Below the pieces are notes generated by a model. It was not told the DNA's origin, made no database searches, and saw only the letters and a list, made by a program, of their open reading frames with translations. Below are positions 14,159 through 27,375 of a stretch of 64,000 nt of DNA, in pieces (the stretch's first letter is position 1; each line of letters opens with the position of its first letter). The translations under genes and the position numbers were made by a program. Source of the stretch: Eledone cirrhosa (Eukaryota); the NCBI GenBank assembly GCA_964016885.1, contig OZ024756.1, positions 40,424,001 through 40,488,000 on the forward strand, given 5' to 3'.

Positions 14159-14258
14159 AAATGGTGAATTAACTGTTCTGGAACTACTTCTACCAAACTT
14201 GTCCCATAGACTGAGTGCTCTACTACTACAGATATAATCCACCAGTGTTCTAATATAT

Positions 14259-14290
<32 letters not shown>

Positions 14291-15220
14291 ATATATATAT
14301 ATATATATAATATAAAGTCCCCATGTCATAAAATACATTTGCTACACAAGATTTTCAAGGATGTTTCAAAGGTTTATTTCTCTCTGCCCATACACCACCA
14401 CACCACACCACACCACACACCACGTCACTCCACCACACTAACCCCCCCCCCCCCCCACTATTGTCTTTCAGATCAAATCTGAAAACTTATCTTTTCAGGA
14501 AGTATCAACAGTTGATTTCCTTTACCACCACCACTACATCCTACCCACCACCACCACCACCACCACCACCACCATCCTGCCCCCACCCCTACCACCACCA
14601 CAGTAATTTTCCTTACAGGTTCTCTATGAATTCTACACACCTATCTGCCCCTTACCACCACTGACCTCCACATTCCCACCACCACCACTGACCTCCACAT
14701 CCCCACCACCACCACCACTACTGACCTCCACACCACCACCACCACCACCACTGACCTCCACATCCCCACCACCATTTCCCACAGTTCTACCCACCACCAC
14801 AACCACAGTAATTCCTTTCCCACAGTTTTTCTCTCAGTTCTCCACACCTATGTGAACCAATGTAATATTCCCAACAATTCACTTGATGAAAACAAAGAAA
14901 ACTTTTCTCTTCTTATTTTTTTCTCTCCCTTCCTAAATTCTTTATCACTCATCGATTTTATTGTCTCTAGCACTGTTGGCAGGACTGTCTGAATATACAC
15001 ATATACATATATATCAATACACACACAGATATACATACACACACCGTTTACAAATTTTAAATAAATATCTGAATAGAAAGAAAGAGAAAAAGCGAATTGA
15101 ATAAAGAAAAAAAGTGATGAGAATGAGGTGAACAAATAGATATTTGTGGAGGTTATAAATTGTCTTCTTCCTATATTTTGGCTATGAATAATTGGAAGTT
15201 TGGAAGACATTTGTCAACAT

Positions 15221-15755
15221 TTAATCCTTTAGCATTCAAATAACTATATTTAAGAATAATAATAATGAAATTATTGTGTACAGTGTTCAGGTGGACAACA
15301 TTTACTATTGTATTTTTACAGTTAAGGCTTTATCACATATCTTACATAACATTTCCATAACTCTATATATACTATTGTATTTTCTTGGTAAAGGCTTTAC
15401 CTCACATAATATCTTACATAACATTTACATTATATTTTCACAGTAAAGGCTTTACCCCACATAATATCTTACATAACATTTACTCTATATATACTATTGA
15501 ATTTTCACAGTAAAGGCTTTACCTCACATAATATCTTACATAACATTTACTCTATATATACTATTGTATTTTCACAGTAAAAGCTTTACCTCACATATCT
15601 CACATAACATTTACTCTATATATACTATTATATTTTCACAGTAAAGGCTTTACCCCACATAATATTGAATCTATGAAATTTGGATATTATTTATTTTGAG
15701 AACAATACCTTAACATCAGTATGAGTGCTCAGTTACAGCTGGTTTGAGCTGATAC
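15221..15755. mobile_element. Partial piggyBac-type MITE with ~5 internal repeats
   Basis: Starts TTAATCCTTTAGCATTC; repeats of aaaggctttacctcacataatatc; family body through ~15755. Confidence 0.65.
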
Positions 15756-17377
15756 AGGTAGTTTGTTCCATGCTTCAATAACTGAGTGTGAAAAAATGGA
15801 GAGCTGGAAGTGTTAGAAATTTGTCAACGTTTAAAGGAACAATTGTTTGTGTTACAACAAATTCCTGATATTTCATCTCATAAAGGTGGCTGGGAACAAA
15901 CTAGTGATTATATAAGATGTGTACAATGATGATGATGAAGATCATCATCATCATAAACAACACCAACACTATCATCACAATCATCATCATAATCACCATC
16001 AACAACAACACTATCATCACAATTACCACCATCAACAACACCAACACTATCATCACAATCATCACCATCAACAACAACAACACTATCATCACATTCATCA
16101 TCATCAACAACACTATCATCACAATAGTGAGAAATGGGGAGAGTGGGAGAGACGGAGGCAGTGACAGCAGGAGTTGAGGTATATATACACCGTTGTCAAG
16201 GTGTGTATATATATATACACACCTTGACAATGGTGTATATATATATATAGTGAGCCAGTCATAACTACCAACTGTAATATACATCAATGACTCGCAATCT
16301 TATTTAAGTGACTGTCTTGTGGTGGGGTGGGGTGGTGGCTACATTCCATGGTGGGGGCTACATTCCAGACTAGTAGTCTGGGGTGGGGGAGGGACAGTGT
16401 GACGTCATGTAACACTGTCATACTGAGTTGGGGGGGGGGGTACAGTGTGACATTATGTAAGTCATACAGGGGGTACGGTGTGACATTATGTAACAGTCAT
16501 ACGGGGTGTGTGTGCAGTGTGACATTATATAACAGTCATACTGGGGGTACAGTGTGACATTATGTAACACTGGTACAATATGACTACAGATATTAGTGCA
16601 CACCACCTGACTTTAGAGCAGTCACACACGTAGACACATACACAGAGAAACAGACACACACACACTCACAACTGTCAAGTGGTTGGTGACAGGAAGGGCT
16701 TCCAGCCATGGAGAGCTTGCCAAGCAAACAAAGGGCCAAGAGGACCCTTCAGTCATGTCAAGGACATGGCAACCTCCCTAGTGTTGGTGGTTTACATGAT
16801 AAACACACCCAGTACACTCTGTAAAGTGGTTGGTGATAGGAAGGGCATCCATCCATAGAAAACTTGCAAGACAAAGTGTTGGGAGGACCCTCAGGTCATG
16901 ACAATCGCTCTTGAGCACTTGTCGGAATACAAGACCATACATAAGCACACAAGTCCCTGGCCTGCCTGGGAGACCAGTGGCTCAGCTTCAGTACTGATTT
17001 GGTCTATGTAGACCCGTCTAACCCTTGCTAGCAGAGATAGCAGACATTAAAACGACACTGATGATGATAATATATATACATATATATATGTATATGAAGG
17101 ATTTAGGACCTCAATGGGTGAGCTCCTACTATTTCAACAGCTACTTCAGATATATATATATATATAAATATCACGAAAGAAATGTGGTAAGGAACCAGAT
17201 GGACCATAACGCACCAAAGTACTCAATACTTAGGGTAGTAGAGTGGGTAATAGGAACAAGGACTGGGGTCATACTTGTTCCTATATATATCATCATCATT
17301 CATCATTTCATTTTACGTCCGCTTTTCCCTGCTTGCAAGGGGTGGGACGGGAACTGGGACGGGAACTGGGACGGGAA

Positions 17378-17431
<54 letters not shown>

Positions 17432-17436
<5 letters not shown>

Positions 17437-17535
17437 GGTGTCTCAAAAAAATGTATACACACTTTGATTACCTGTACAAACAATATTTATTAGAATTCTT
17501 GGAGTGTCTATACATTTTGGGGGGGATACCCTATA
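17432..17535. mobile_element. ~100-bp Tc1/mariner-type MITE (other copies 18210-18306, 59879-59982)
   Basis: TA|CAGGGTGTC..AAAATGTATA ... TATACATTTT..GATACCCT terminal inverted repeats in a TA context; three copies in the window. Confidence 0.7.
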
Positions 17536-17694
17536 TGTGTGTGTGCGTATGTATATATATATATATATATATATACATACATACATACATATATATACAC
17601 ATATCACCTGTAGAATTTGGGTTTTCAAATATACTAATTCTAATAATAAAACACTACCACCACCAGGAACAACACTAACAACACCACAGTAATG

Positions 17695-18028
17695 TTGTTA
17701 GTGGTGGCAGTGACAGTGGTAGTAGCAGTAATAGTAACAGTAGTGGTAGTAGTAACAGTAGAGGTGGTAGTAGTAACAGTAGTGGTGGTAGGAGTAACAG
17801 TAGTAGTAACAGTAGAGGTGGTAGTAGTAACAGTAGAGGAGGTAATAGTAACAGTAGTGGTGGTAGTAGTAACAGTAGAGGTGGTAGTAGTAACGGTAGA
17901 GAAGGTAATAGTAACAGTAGTGGTGGTAGTAGTAACAGTAGAGGTGGTAGTAGTAACGGTAGTGGTGGTAGTAGTAACAGTAGTGGTGGTAGGAGTAACA
18001 GTAGTAGTAACAGTAGTAGTAGTAGTGT
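17695..18028. repeat. (GTA/GTG)n trinucleotide compound repeat
   Basis: gtagtaacagtagtggtg units. Similar triplet arrays at 15925-16125, 24580-24830 and 45130-45345. Confidence 0.9.
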
Positions 18029-18896
18029 AGGAAATATTTCAGGTATTTTAAGGTGTAAAAGGATGAGAATGAAATCAATGAAAGACAATAACATTGTGTT
18101 ACTGTGTTGTTAAACTGGACAGGTAAGAATACCTGGATAACTGTCAGGTAGATGAGGTGGGATATATATATATATATACACTATATATACACTATGTATA
18201 CACACTATGTATACAGGGTGTCCCCCAGAAAATGTATAAATACTGAGTACAGGCAATATTTATTAGAATTCTTGCAGTGTCTATACATTTTTGGGGGACA
18301 CCATGTATGTATATATTTATATATATATATAAATATAAATATATATATATATATCATCATCATCATCGTTTAACGTCCATCTTCCACGTTTGCATGGGTT
18401 TGGACGGGAGTTTTCCCACTTGAGGCAAGAGTGGTTGTCTTGCTCGTATAAGACTGTCTGGCGGGTTTTCTACGGCAGGATGCCCTTCCTAACACCAACT
18501 ACGTTTACAGTGTGGACTGGGAGGTTTTTACTGTGTTACCTACATGGCTACATTACAGCATGGACTGTGTTTTTTTGTTGTGACACCTACACAACCTCAT
18601 TTGTTTCGGACTGGATGTTGTGGTACCAACATAACTTATATATATATATATATATGTATGTATCGACAGTCGATCGACTTTCGCCAAATCGGACTGAGGA
18701 AACAATGTTTCCGTTGGTCTTTTCAATTGCTAATACTATCTATCGGTCGCAACTCCAGGTAGAAGGAGCAACGTGAAATAAAGTGTCTTGCTCAAGGACA
18801 TAACGCATCGCCTGGTCCGGGAATCGAACTCACGACCTCACAATTGCAAAGCCTATTCTCTAACCACTCAGCCACACGCCTTCACTATATATATAA

Positions 18897-19057
18897 GATC
18901 CCGTTAAGGGTGAAAGCAGCGATTCTTTGCTTAAACTTTAATCTCTTATTTTAATAAATATTTGCTCTAGGGTTCTTATATATTTGATATATATTTATCC
19001 TATCGAGCCCTCTTTGGATTTTAGTCTTCACATTTATTATTATTATATATATATATA
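18897..19057 (+). mobile_element. Short (TA)n-embedded element family (copies 22395-22455, 25860-26125, 43735-43862)
   Basis: gatcccgttaagggtgaaagcagcgattctttgc...ggattttagtcttcacatt; several copies contain inverted pieces. Confidence 0.7.
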
Positions 19058-19059
19058 GA

Positions 19060-19250
19060 GGGCGGTAGATTGGCAGTATCGGTAGAGGGTCGGACGCCAT
19101 TCTTTGACGCATAGAGTTACGGCCCTTGCCATTCTGAGTTCAAATCCTGCCGAAGTTAACTTTGTCTTTCATCCCGACGGGGTCGATAAAATAAAGTACC
19201 AGTAATGCACTGGGTAATTGCTGGCCTTGTGCCAAAAGTAGAAACAATTA
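19060..19250 (+). mobile_element. tRNA-derived SINE family 1 (Meta-domain-like core), representative copy
   Basis: TGGCAG..TCGGTAGAG A-box, GAGTTCAAATCC B-box, core resembling ctttcatcc..ggggtcgataaaataaagtaccag. Other copies ~2695-2880, 8275-8360(-), 10170-10315, 25518-25655, 33680-33860, 34840-35065, 39155-39285, 41010-41195(-), 45355-45637(-), 53160-53315(-), 53499-53690. Confidence 0.85.
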
Positions 19251-19287
19251 CTATATATATATATATATAAATATATATATATATGTA

Positions 19288-19386
<99 letters not shown>

Positions 19387-19454
19387 CTAACAGATACCAG
19401 ATATCTGGGGTTCAATTCCTCATAGCAGTCGTTGGCAAATTCTTTTTCCATCTT

Positions 19455-21475
19455 TTAACCCTTTACCATTCACATTACTCTATATTTACTATTGTATTTT
19501 CATGGTAAAGGCTTTACCTCACATAATATCTTACATAACATTTACTCTATATATACTATTGTATTTTCACAGTAAAGGCTTTACCTCACATAATATCTTA
19601 CATAACATTTACTCTATATATACTATTGTATTATCACAGTAAAGGCTTTACCTCACATAATATCTTACATAACATTTACTCTATATATACTATTGTATTT
19701 TCACAGTAAAGGCTTTACCTCACATAATATCTTACATAACATTTACTCTATATATACTATTGTATTATCACAGAAAAGGCTTTACCTCACATAATATCTT
19801 ACATAACATTTACTCTATATTTACTATTGTATTATCACAGAAAAGGCTTTACCTCACATAATATCTTACATAACATTTACTCTATATATACTATTGAATT
19901 TTCACAGTAAAGGCTTTACCTCACATAATATCTTACATAACATTTACTCTATATATACTATTGTATTATCACAGAAAAAGCTTTACCTCACATAATATCT
20001 TACATAACATTTACTCTATATTTACTATTGTATTATCACAGAAAAGGCTTTACCTCACATAATATCTTACATAACATTTACTCTATATTTACTATTGTAT
20101 TATCACAGAAAAGGCTTTACCTCACATAATATCTCGCATAACATTTACATTACTCTATATATACTATTGTATTTTCACAGTAAAGGCTTTACCTCACATA
20201 TCTTACATAACATTTACTCTATATATACTATTGTATTTTCACAGTAAAGGCTTTACCTCACATAATATCTCACATAACATTTACATTACTCTATATATAC
20301 TATTGTATTTTCACAGTAAAGTCTTTACCTCACATACTATCTTACATAACATTTACTCTATATATACTATTGCATTTTCACAGTAAAGGCTTTACCTCAC
20401 ATAATATCTTACATAACATTTACTCTATATTTACTATTGTATTTTCACAGTAAAGGCTTTACCTCACATATCTTACATAACATTTACTCTATATATACTA
20501 TTATATTTTCATGGTAAAGGTTTTACCTCACATAATATCTTACATAACATTTACTCTATATTTACTATTGTATTTTCACAGTAAAGGCTTTACCTAACAT
20601 AATATCTTACATAACATTTACTCTATATTTACTATTGTATTTTCACAGTAAAGGCTTTACCTCACATATCTTACATAACATTTACTCTATATATACTATT
20701 ATATTTTCACAGTAAAGTCTTTACCTCACATAATATCTTACATAACATTTACTCTATATATACTATTATATTTTCACAGTAAAGTCTTTACCTCACATAA
20801 TATCTTACATAACATTTACTCTATATATACTATTGTATTTTCACACTAAAGTCTTTACCTCACATAATATCTCACATAACATTTACTCTATATATACTAT
20901 TATATTTTCACAGTAAAGGCTTTACCTCACATAATATCTTACATAACATTCACATTACTCTGTATTTACTATTGTATTGTCACAGTAAAGGCTTTACCCC
21001 ACATAATACCTCACATAACATTTACATTACTCTATATTTACTATTGTATTTTCACAGAAAAGGCTTTACCTCACATAACATTCACATTACTCTATATTTA
21101 CTATTGTATTTTCACAGTAAAGGCTTTACCTCACATAACATTCACATTACTCTATATTTACTATTGTATTTTCACAGAAAAGGCTTTACCTCACATAACA
21201 TTCACATTACTCTATATTTACTATTGTATTGTCACAGTAAAGGCTTTACCTCACATACCATTCACATTACTCTATATTTACTATTGTATTTTCACAGTAA
21301 AGGCTTTACCTCATATAATTATATCACATAGTATGGAATCTATGAGATTTTGATTTTATTTATTTTGAGAACAGTACCTTAACGTTGGTATGAGGGGCCA
21401 GTTATGGGTGGTTTGAACAGAAAAAGGTGAGAAAATTCTGGCTGGATATGGCTGGTTTAAATGCTAAAGGGTTAA
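19455..21475. mobile_element. piggyBac-type MITE expanded to 2 kb by an internal 67/60-bp tandem array
   Basis: TTAA-CCCTTTA ... TAAAGGG-TTAA termini enclose ~28 copies of tattgtattttcacagtaaaggctttacctcacataatatcttacataacatttactctatatatac. Confidence 0.85.
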
Positions 21476-21564
21476 TGGTCTTCTCCTTATTTTATAAACT
21501 ATCTTTATAACATTTCTGCGCTTGAGCCGTTTCTTTATACTTGTGTATATATACATATATTGCA

Positions 21565-21778
21565 AAGTGGTCGTGGAGGTGCCACGGCAAAAAAGCACCC
21601 AGCACTCACTATAAATGAGGTTGGAGTTAGGAAGGGCATCCAGCTGTAGAAATCAAGCCAGAATCAGTTGCCGTATGAGCAAGGTATGGTCAGCCGACCG
21701 GACACTGCCCACAACAGGACAACCCGTCTAACCCATGCTAGCGTGGAAGAACGGACGTAAAATGGTGATGATGATGAT
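21565..21778 (+). mobile_element. SINE family 2 with RTE-like 3' end and (ATG)n tail, representative copy
   Basis: aggaagggcatccagctgtagaaa ... aacccatgctagcgtggaagaacggacgtaaaa + (tga)n. Other copies ~2885-3092, 4918-5095, 10520-10845(-), 12950-13090, 16670-17068, 18355-18635(-), 23150-23560(-), 29875-30020(-), 36603-36722, 37908-38070(-), 48830-49176, 52170-52312. Confidence 0.85.
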
Positions 21779-21784
21779 ATATAT

Positions 21785-21980
21785 ATATTTAATGTAGAAA
21801 GGCTTCTACAGGACTAGAACTGTTTAATTTCGGAGAAATCATCAGGAAGCCTCTGATGATTACTCCGGAATTAAACAGTTCTAGTCCTGTAGAAGCCTTT
21901 CTACTTTAAATATTTATACTTTGCTTTGTATTGAGTACCTTACTTACTGTGGTTACCGCCGATTGAACCCGGGATAAACA
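21785..21980. mobile_element. Short (TA)n-embedded palindromic element with decayed hammerhead core (second copy 11030-11216)
   Basis: ~60-bp inverted arms around CTGATGA; common tail gtattgagtaccttacttactgtggttacc. Confidence 0.7.
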
Positions 21981-22806
21981 TATATATATATATACATTTA
22001 TATAGTGTGAGTCAGTGGATTACTGGTGGTTGTACCAAAGTAAGCCCTGGTTGTAAAATATAGTTGAAGACTATATATATATCTCTTTAGATATTTGAAA
22101 AAATAAAAATCTAACTACATGTAACCGAAACTTAATCGTAAGAGATGTCAACATGAATGGACCTGTCATTTTTATCTAAAGACATTTTTTCCAATTCCAA
22201 CCCGCCCGTCCCCTCAATCTACTTTATTTCTCATTCTTTCTTCTGATGAAAGACTAGCGCCCGAAACGTTAAGCCCCTCTTCCTATTATATAAAGCGTTA
22301 ACCTAATATATACCTTCCATATACTGTACCGATTGTGTTGTTATTTCTGTTTACCTTTTACACACACATATATATATATACACGTATATATATAGTAATA
22401 ATAATAAATTTGAAGACTAAAATTGCTTAAAATTTAATCTGTTATTTTAATAAATATATATATATATATAATATATAATATATATATATATATATAATAT
22501 ATAATATATATATATATATATATAGTCGTCAAGTATGAAATTTGTAGAAAAAAAAACAAATTTCTACAAATTTCATACTTGATGACTCAATATATATATA
22601 TATATATAAAAGAGAGGGGAGGGAGAGGAAGAAAGAGAGTGTGTGTGGCAGAGAGAGAGGGGGGAGTAGGAAACTGAAGAAGAGATTAGAATCAGTGGTG
22701 TTATTGTAGTAAGAGATGATAAAATGAGAGGAAGTAGTTATCTAGATCTACCTGGATCACACCTGTTGGTGTCTTAATTGGAACATTTGTTTTGTGTAAT
22801 ATAAGC

Positions 22807-22847
<41 letters not shown>

Positions 22848-23654
22848 GGAGGTGAGTTTTATTGTAGTACAATAAAGCAATGCAGATATCGGATAAGAAG
22901 CACTCTACAGTTTGTAGGACTGGAGTATACATAATATATAAGATCAAAAGATGGTTAAATGAGTTCCATGTATTTTATTATGCGCATTTCAAAAACAAAT
23001 ATCATCATGCAATAACATTTGTGTTTTTATCAGATAAAATAGGAGGACATGATATGAAGGCTAAAAAACACTTGTGGATAGTGCAGTTTTAAATCAACAT
23101 ATGATATGTTGATTTAAAACTGCACTATCCATATATATATATATATATATCATCATCATCATCATCATCAGGTTTAGCGTCCGTGTTCCACGCTTGCATG
23201 GGTTTGAACGGGGGTTTTCCCACTTGAGGCAAGAGTGGTTGTCTTGCTCGCATAGGACTGTCTGGCGGGTTTTCTACAGTTGGATGCCCTTCCTAACACC
23301 AACCACATTTACAGTGTGGGGCTGGGAGGTTTTTACCGTGTTGCCAAAACGGCCACATTACAGCGTGGACTGTCTGGCGGGTTTTTTACAGCTGGATGCC
23401 CTTCCTAACACCAACCACATTTACAGTGTGGGGCTGGGAGGTTTTTACCGTGTTGCCTACACGGCCACATTTACAGCGTGGACTGTGTGTTTTTTTTGTC
23501 GTGACACCTACACGATCTCATTTGTTTCGGCCTGGATGTTGTGGGACCAACATAACTGTACATTGAAAGGGGCGGTGTGGATGGGGTGGAGGTGGTGGGA
23601 CGGGGGGAGGTGTTTTGATAGAGATGCCTACTGACTGTAGTAGGTTTTTACTTT

Positions 23655-23838
23655 GTATTTAGGTAAGGCGGGTCTTCTCTATTACTGAGTACCGCCAAAG
23701 GTCTCGGTCCAGTGACATTGTCTTGGAGAGGTGTAAGCGTGTGAGGTCGGAATTTATCAGCTCGTCCCATGTTTTTCTGGGTCTGCCTACTCCGTGGCTA
23801 CCGTCTATCTTTATTGCCCTGCACTTTGTTATACAGCT
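23655..23838 (-). mobile_element. RTE LINE 3' ORF end
   Basis: GRPRKTWDELINSDLTRLHLSKTMSLDRDLWR, the typical RTE C-terminal motif. Confidence 0.75.
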
Positions 23839-24041
23839 GATATATATATATATATACATATATACATATATATGTAAAGTTATATTTAAAATTGTTGGGT
23901 TACAACTAGTAAATATTTATAACTGATATAAAAGCACTCGACAAATACTTGGAGTATATTTACAATAGTGAACCTCTTCAAATGAAGTTGATGTTTATTA
24001 CGGTATGTCGAATATATTTATCTATAAAACTGTTTATATTG

Positions 24042-24107
24042 TATTTTGTCTGATGAAGGCATAGCATATTGTTAATATGATATCCCCGAAATATATATAA
24101 TGAAATA
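24042..24107 (+). ncRNA. Type I hammerhead ribozyme (Penelope/retrozyme-like), apparently intact
   Basis: Helix I tattttgt/atgaaata, CTGATGA, 14-position helix II with 11 pairs, GAAA, palindromic helix III TATATA, AUA cleavage triplet. Confidence 0.7.
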
Positions 24108-24149
24108 AATATGGTTTTATAAATATAGTTTTCCATTTATTTAATATTG

Positions 24150-24274
<125 letters not shown>

Positions 24275-24304
24275 GTAAAATGGCGCCAAGCAGTTTCATA
24301 TATA

Positions 24305-24338
<34 letters not shown>

Positions 24339-25450
24339 CATATACACGCACACACATATACACACAGACACACACGACACTACACACACATATATATATA
24401 TATATATAAATATATGAATCAATATATTGTCAATCAATAATGTATTCAAGATCAATATGTTCATATTATAGATAGAAGATGTTATTTAAAGAAAGAGTTA
24501 TATATTAACAGAGAACATATTTTACCAAAGTAAGAAGATAGAAAAGATTTCTTACTTCATTGAATACCTTTACAGATGTTTTATCATCATCATCATCATC
24601 ACAACCACCACCATCATCACCCTCATCTCAACCACCACCGCCACCACCATCATCACCATCACCACCATCATCTCAACCACCACCATCATCACCACCAACA
24701 ACAACATCACAACCACCACCACCACCATCATCACAACCACCACCACCACCACCATCACAACCATCATCACAACCACCACTACCACCACCATCATCACAAC
24801 CACCACCACCATCACCATTATCAGTATCATATCATCATTCAATACTCTTACAAATGTTTCATCACCACCATCATCATGTACTATACATGCACCTTTGATG
24901 AGTTGTAGTGCACCTGAGCACTGTACACAATTTTCATTATTATATTACATCATCATCACCATCACCACCAACAACATCACCACCGTCATCACCACCATTA
25001 TCATCATCACCATCACCATCACCATTTAACATCCACTTTCCCTGCTAAGCAAGAGTTGGCTGGGTCATAACATACTGACTCTGTACTGAAGTGGGGAGGA
25101 GGTGAAGGGGTAGCAGGTCACTGACCTCCCAGACAGGCTGGATGGGGTGACTTTGTACAATACAAATGATTGAAGTAATATTTAGCTATCATCATCATCA
25201 CCGTTTAGCATCCATTTTTCCATCTTTACATGGATTAGACAGGTTGTCCACACCATGGAATAAGTCTGGCCAGATTGTCCACACCGTTCCTTGCTCAGAT
25301 AAGGATGTAAATTTGGCCGGGATTTTTACAGCTGGATGCCCTTCTTCATCCCAACCACATTTACAGTGTTGAACTGGATGGCCCCATTATGAGGAAAAGA
25401 CAGACAGGTTGGCCACACCACGCCAAACTCATCTCACAGTAGAACCATAG

Positions 25451-25512
<62 letters not shown>

Positions 25513-25827
25513 TATACAGGTGGCAAATTGTCAGTCGCTACATGAGACAGAATCCTTTATGGTATTTGTTCCGACTATCTGAGGTCAACTTTGCCTTTCA
25601 TCCTTTCGAGGTCAATAAAAAAAAAAAGTACCAGTTTAGTACTGGGGTCGATTCTTCCCCTATATCTCTTTCTTATTTCCTCTCTCTCACTTTCTATCTT
25701 TCTCTGGAAGAAATCTGCTGTACTCAGGCCTGGAGAGGGAAGGGCTCTGCCAGGCTTAAAATACCCAAGAAATGCTGTATGTCAATATGGCGCCCCTAGG
25801 ACTATCAGGAGTTACAGAACCATATAT

Positions 25828-25860
<33 letters not shown>

Positions 25861-26134
25861 GTAATAATAATAAATTTGATGACTAAAATCCAAAGAGGGC
25901 TTGATAAGGATAAATATATATAAATATATAAGAACCCTACAGAAAATATTTATTAAAATAACAGATCAAAGTTTAAGCAAAGAATCGCTGCTTTCACCCT
26001 TATATATATATATATTAATAATAATAAAAGTGAAGACTAAAATCCAAAGATTTTCAGAAGATCCCGTTAAGGGTGAAAGCAGCGGTTCTTTGCTCAAACT
26101 CTAATCTGTTATTTTAATAAATATATGTATTATG

Positions 26135-26181
<47 letters not shown>

Positions 26182-26781
26182 GTAGTACATATTCTACATG
26201 GTAAAGTGTGCAAGGAGCTTGGCTTCCTCTACAGAATCAGGATGTACTTCAATATAGAATGTAGACAACTGACCATTCACAGCACACAAACATTCATGAA
26301 TGGAAGTCATTGTGACCTACACAAACATACACATATATATATATATATATACACACACACAAAGTACTGGCTCTAACACACAAACACACACATACATACA
26401 TATATACACTATTGGCTCTTACACACAAACATACACATATATATATATACATATATACACTACTACTGGCCCTAACATACACATATTCACACATACACAT
26501 ATATACACACATAAACATATATATATACACACATACACATATATACACACAAACACACTACTGACATGTTAACCTACACACAGAATTTAGTGGAGTTTAA
26601 ACTTACATTACGGAAGCTCACCTATATACACACACACACACACACACTACTGAGATTTTGCCCTACACATGAATATATACAAGGAAATTAACACACATAT
26701 ACTATATATATATATAAATTAATCAAAACAAAGAACAAGTTCCTTATATTAAAAAATTCATCATTTTACGATCGTTTCTAA

Positions 26782-27057
26782 GATATCTATGTGTGTGTTG
26801 GTATGTATATCATATAGATCTATGTAGGATATCTATGTGTGTGTTGGTATGTATATCATATAGATCTATGTAGGATATCTATGTGTGTGTTGGTATGTAT
26901 ATCATATAGATCTATGTAGGATATCTATGTGTGTGTTGGTATGTATATCATATAGATCTATGTAGGATATCTATGTGTGTGTTGGTATGTATATCATATA
27001 GATCTATGTAGGATATCTGTGTGTGTGTTGGTATGTATATCATATAGATCTATGTAA
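26782..27057. repeat. 46-bp minisatellite x6
   Basis: gatatctatgtgtgtgttggtatgtatatcatatagatctatgtag. Confidence 0.95.
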
Positions 27058-27375
27058 AAATATTACAAACTATCAGAGGAAATATACATACCTTCACATA
27101 TATATGGTGTCTTCAGAAATAATGAGATGTGTTTATTGAAAAAAACCAACAAAGATTTAATATAAAAGGTCTGTTTGGGAACAGGTTTTGAATATATATA
27201 TATATATACACCCATACACATATGTATATACACACCCATACACATATGTATATACACACACACGTTCAGTGGATAGTCACCTGTCCATCTTAATATGTAG
27301 TAGAAGCCCTTTAATGTGGCTACATAAATAAACCAACTATATAATGACCATTTGACCACTAACAGTAATTGAATT

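Noticed and set aside
17059-17068. CTGATGA matches inside (ATG)n SINE tails as hammerheads or snoRNA C boxes
   Set aside because: Part of simple-repeat tails; no GAAA/helix III or D box.
24560-24908. Poly-His or Pro/Ser-rich ORFs (also 15917, 17675, 44261, 45041)
   Set aside because: Trinucleotide microsatellites without exon signals.
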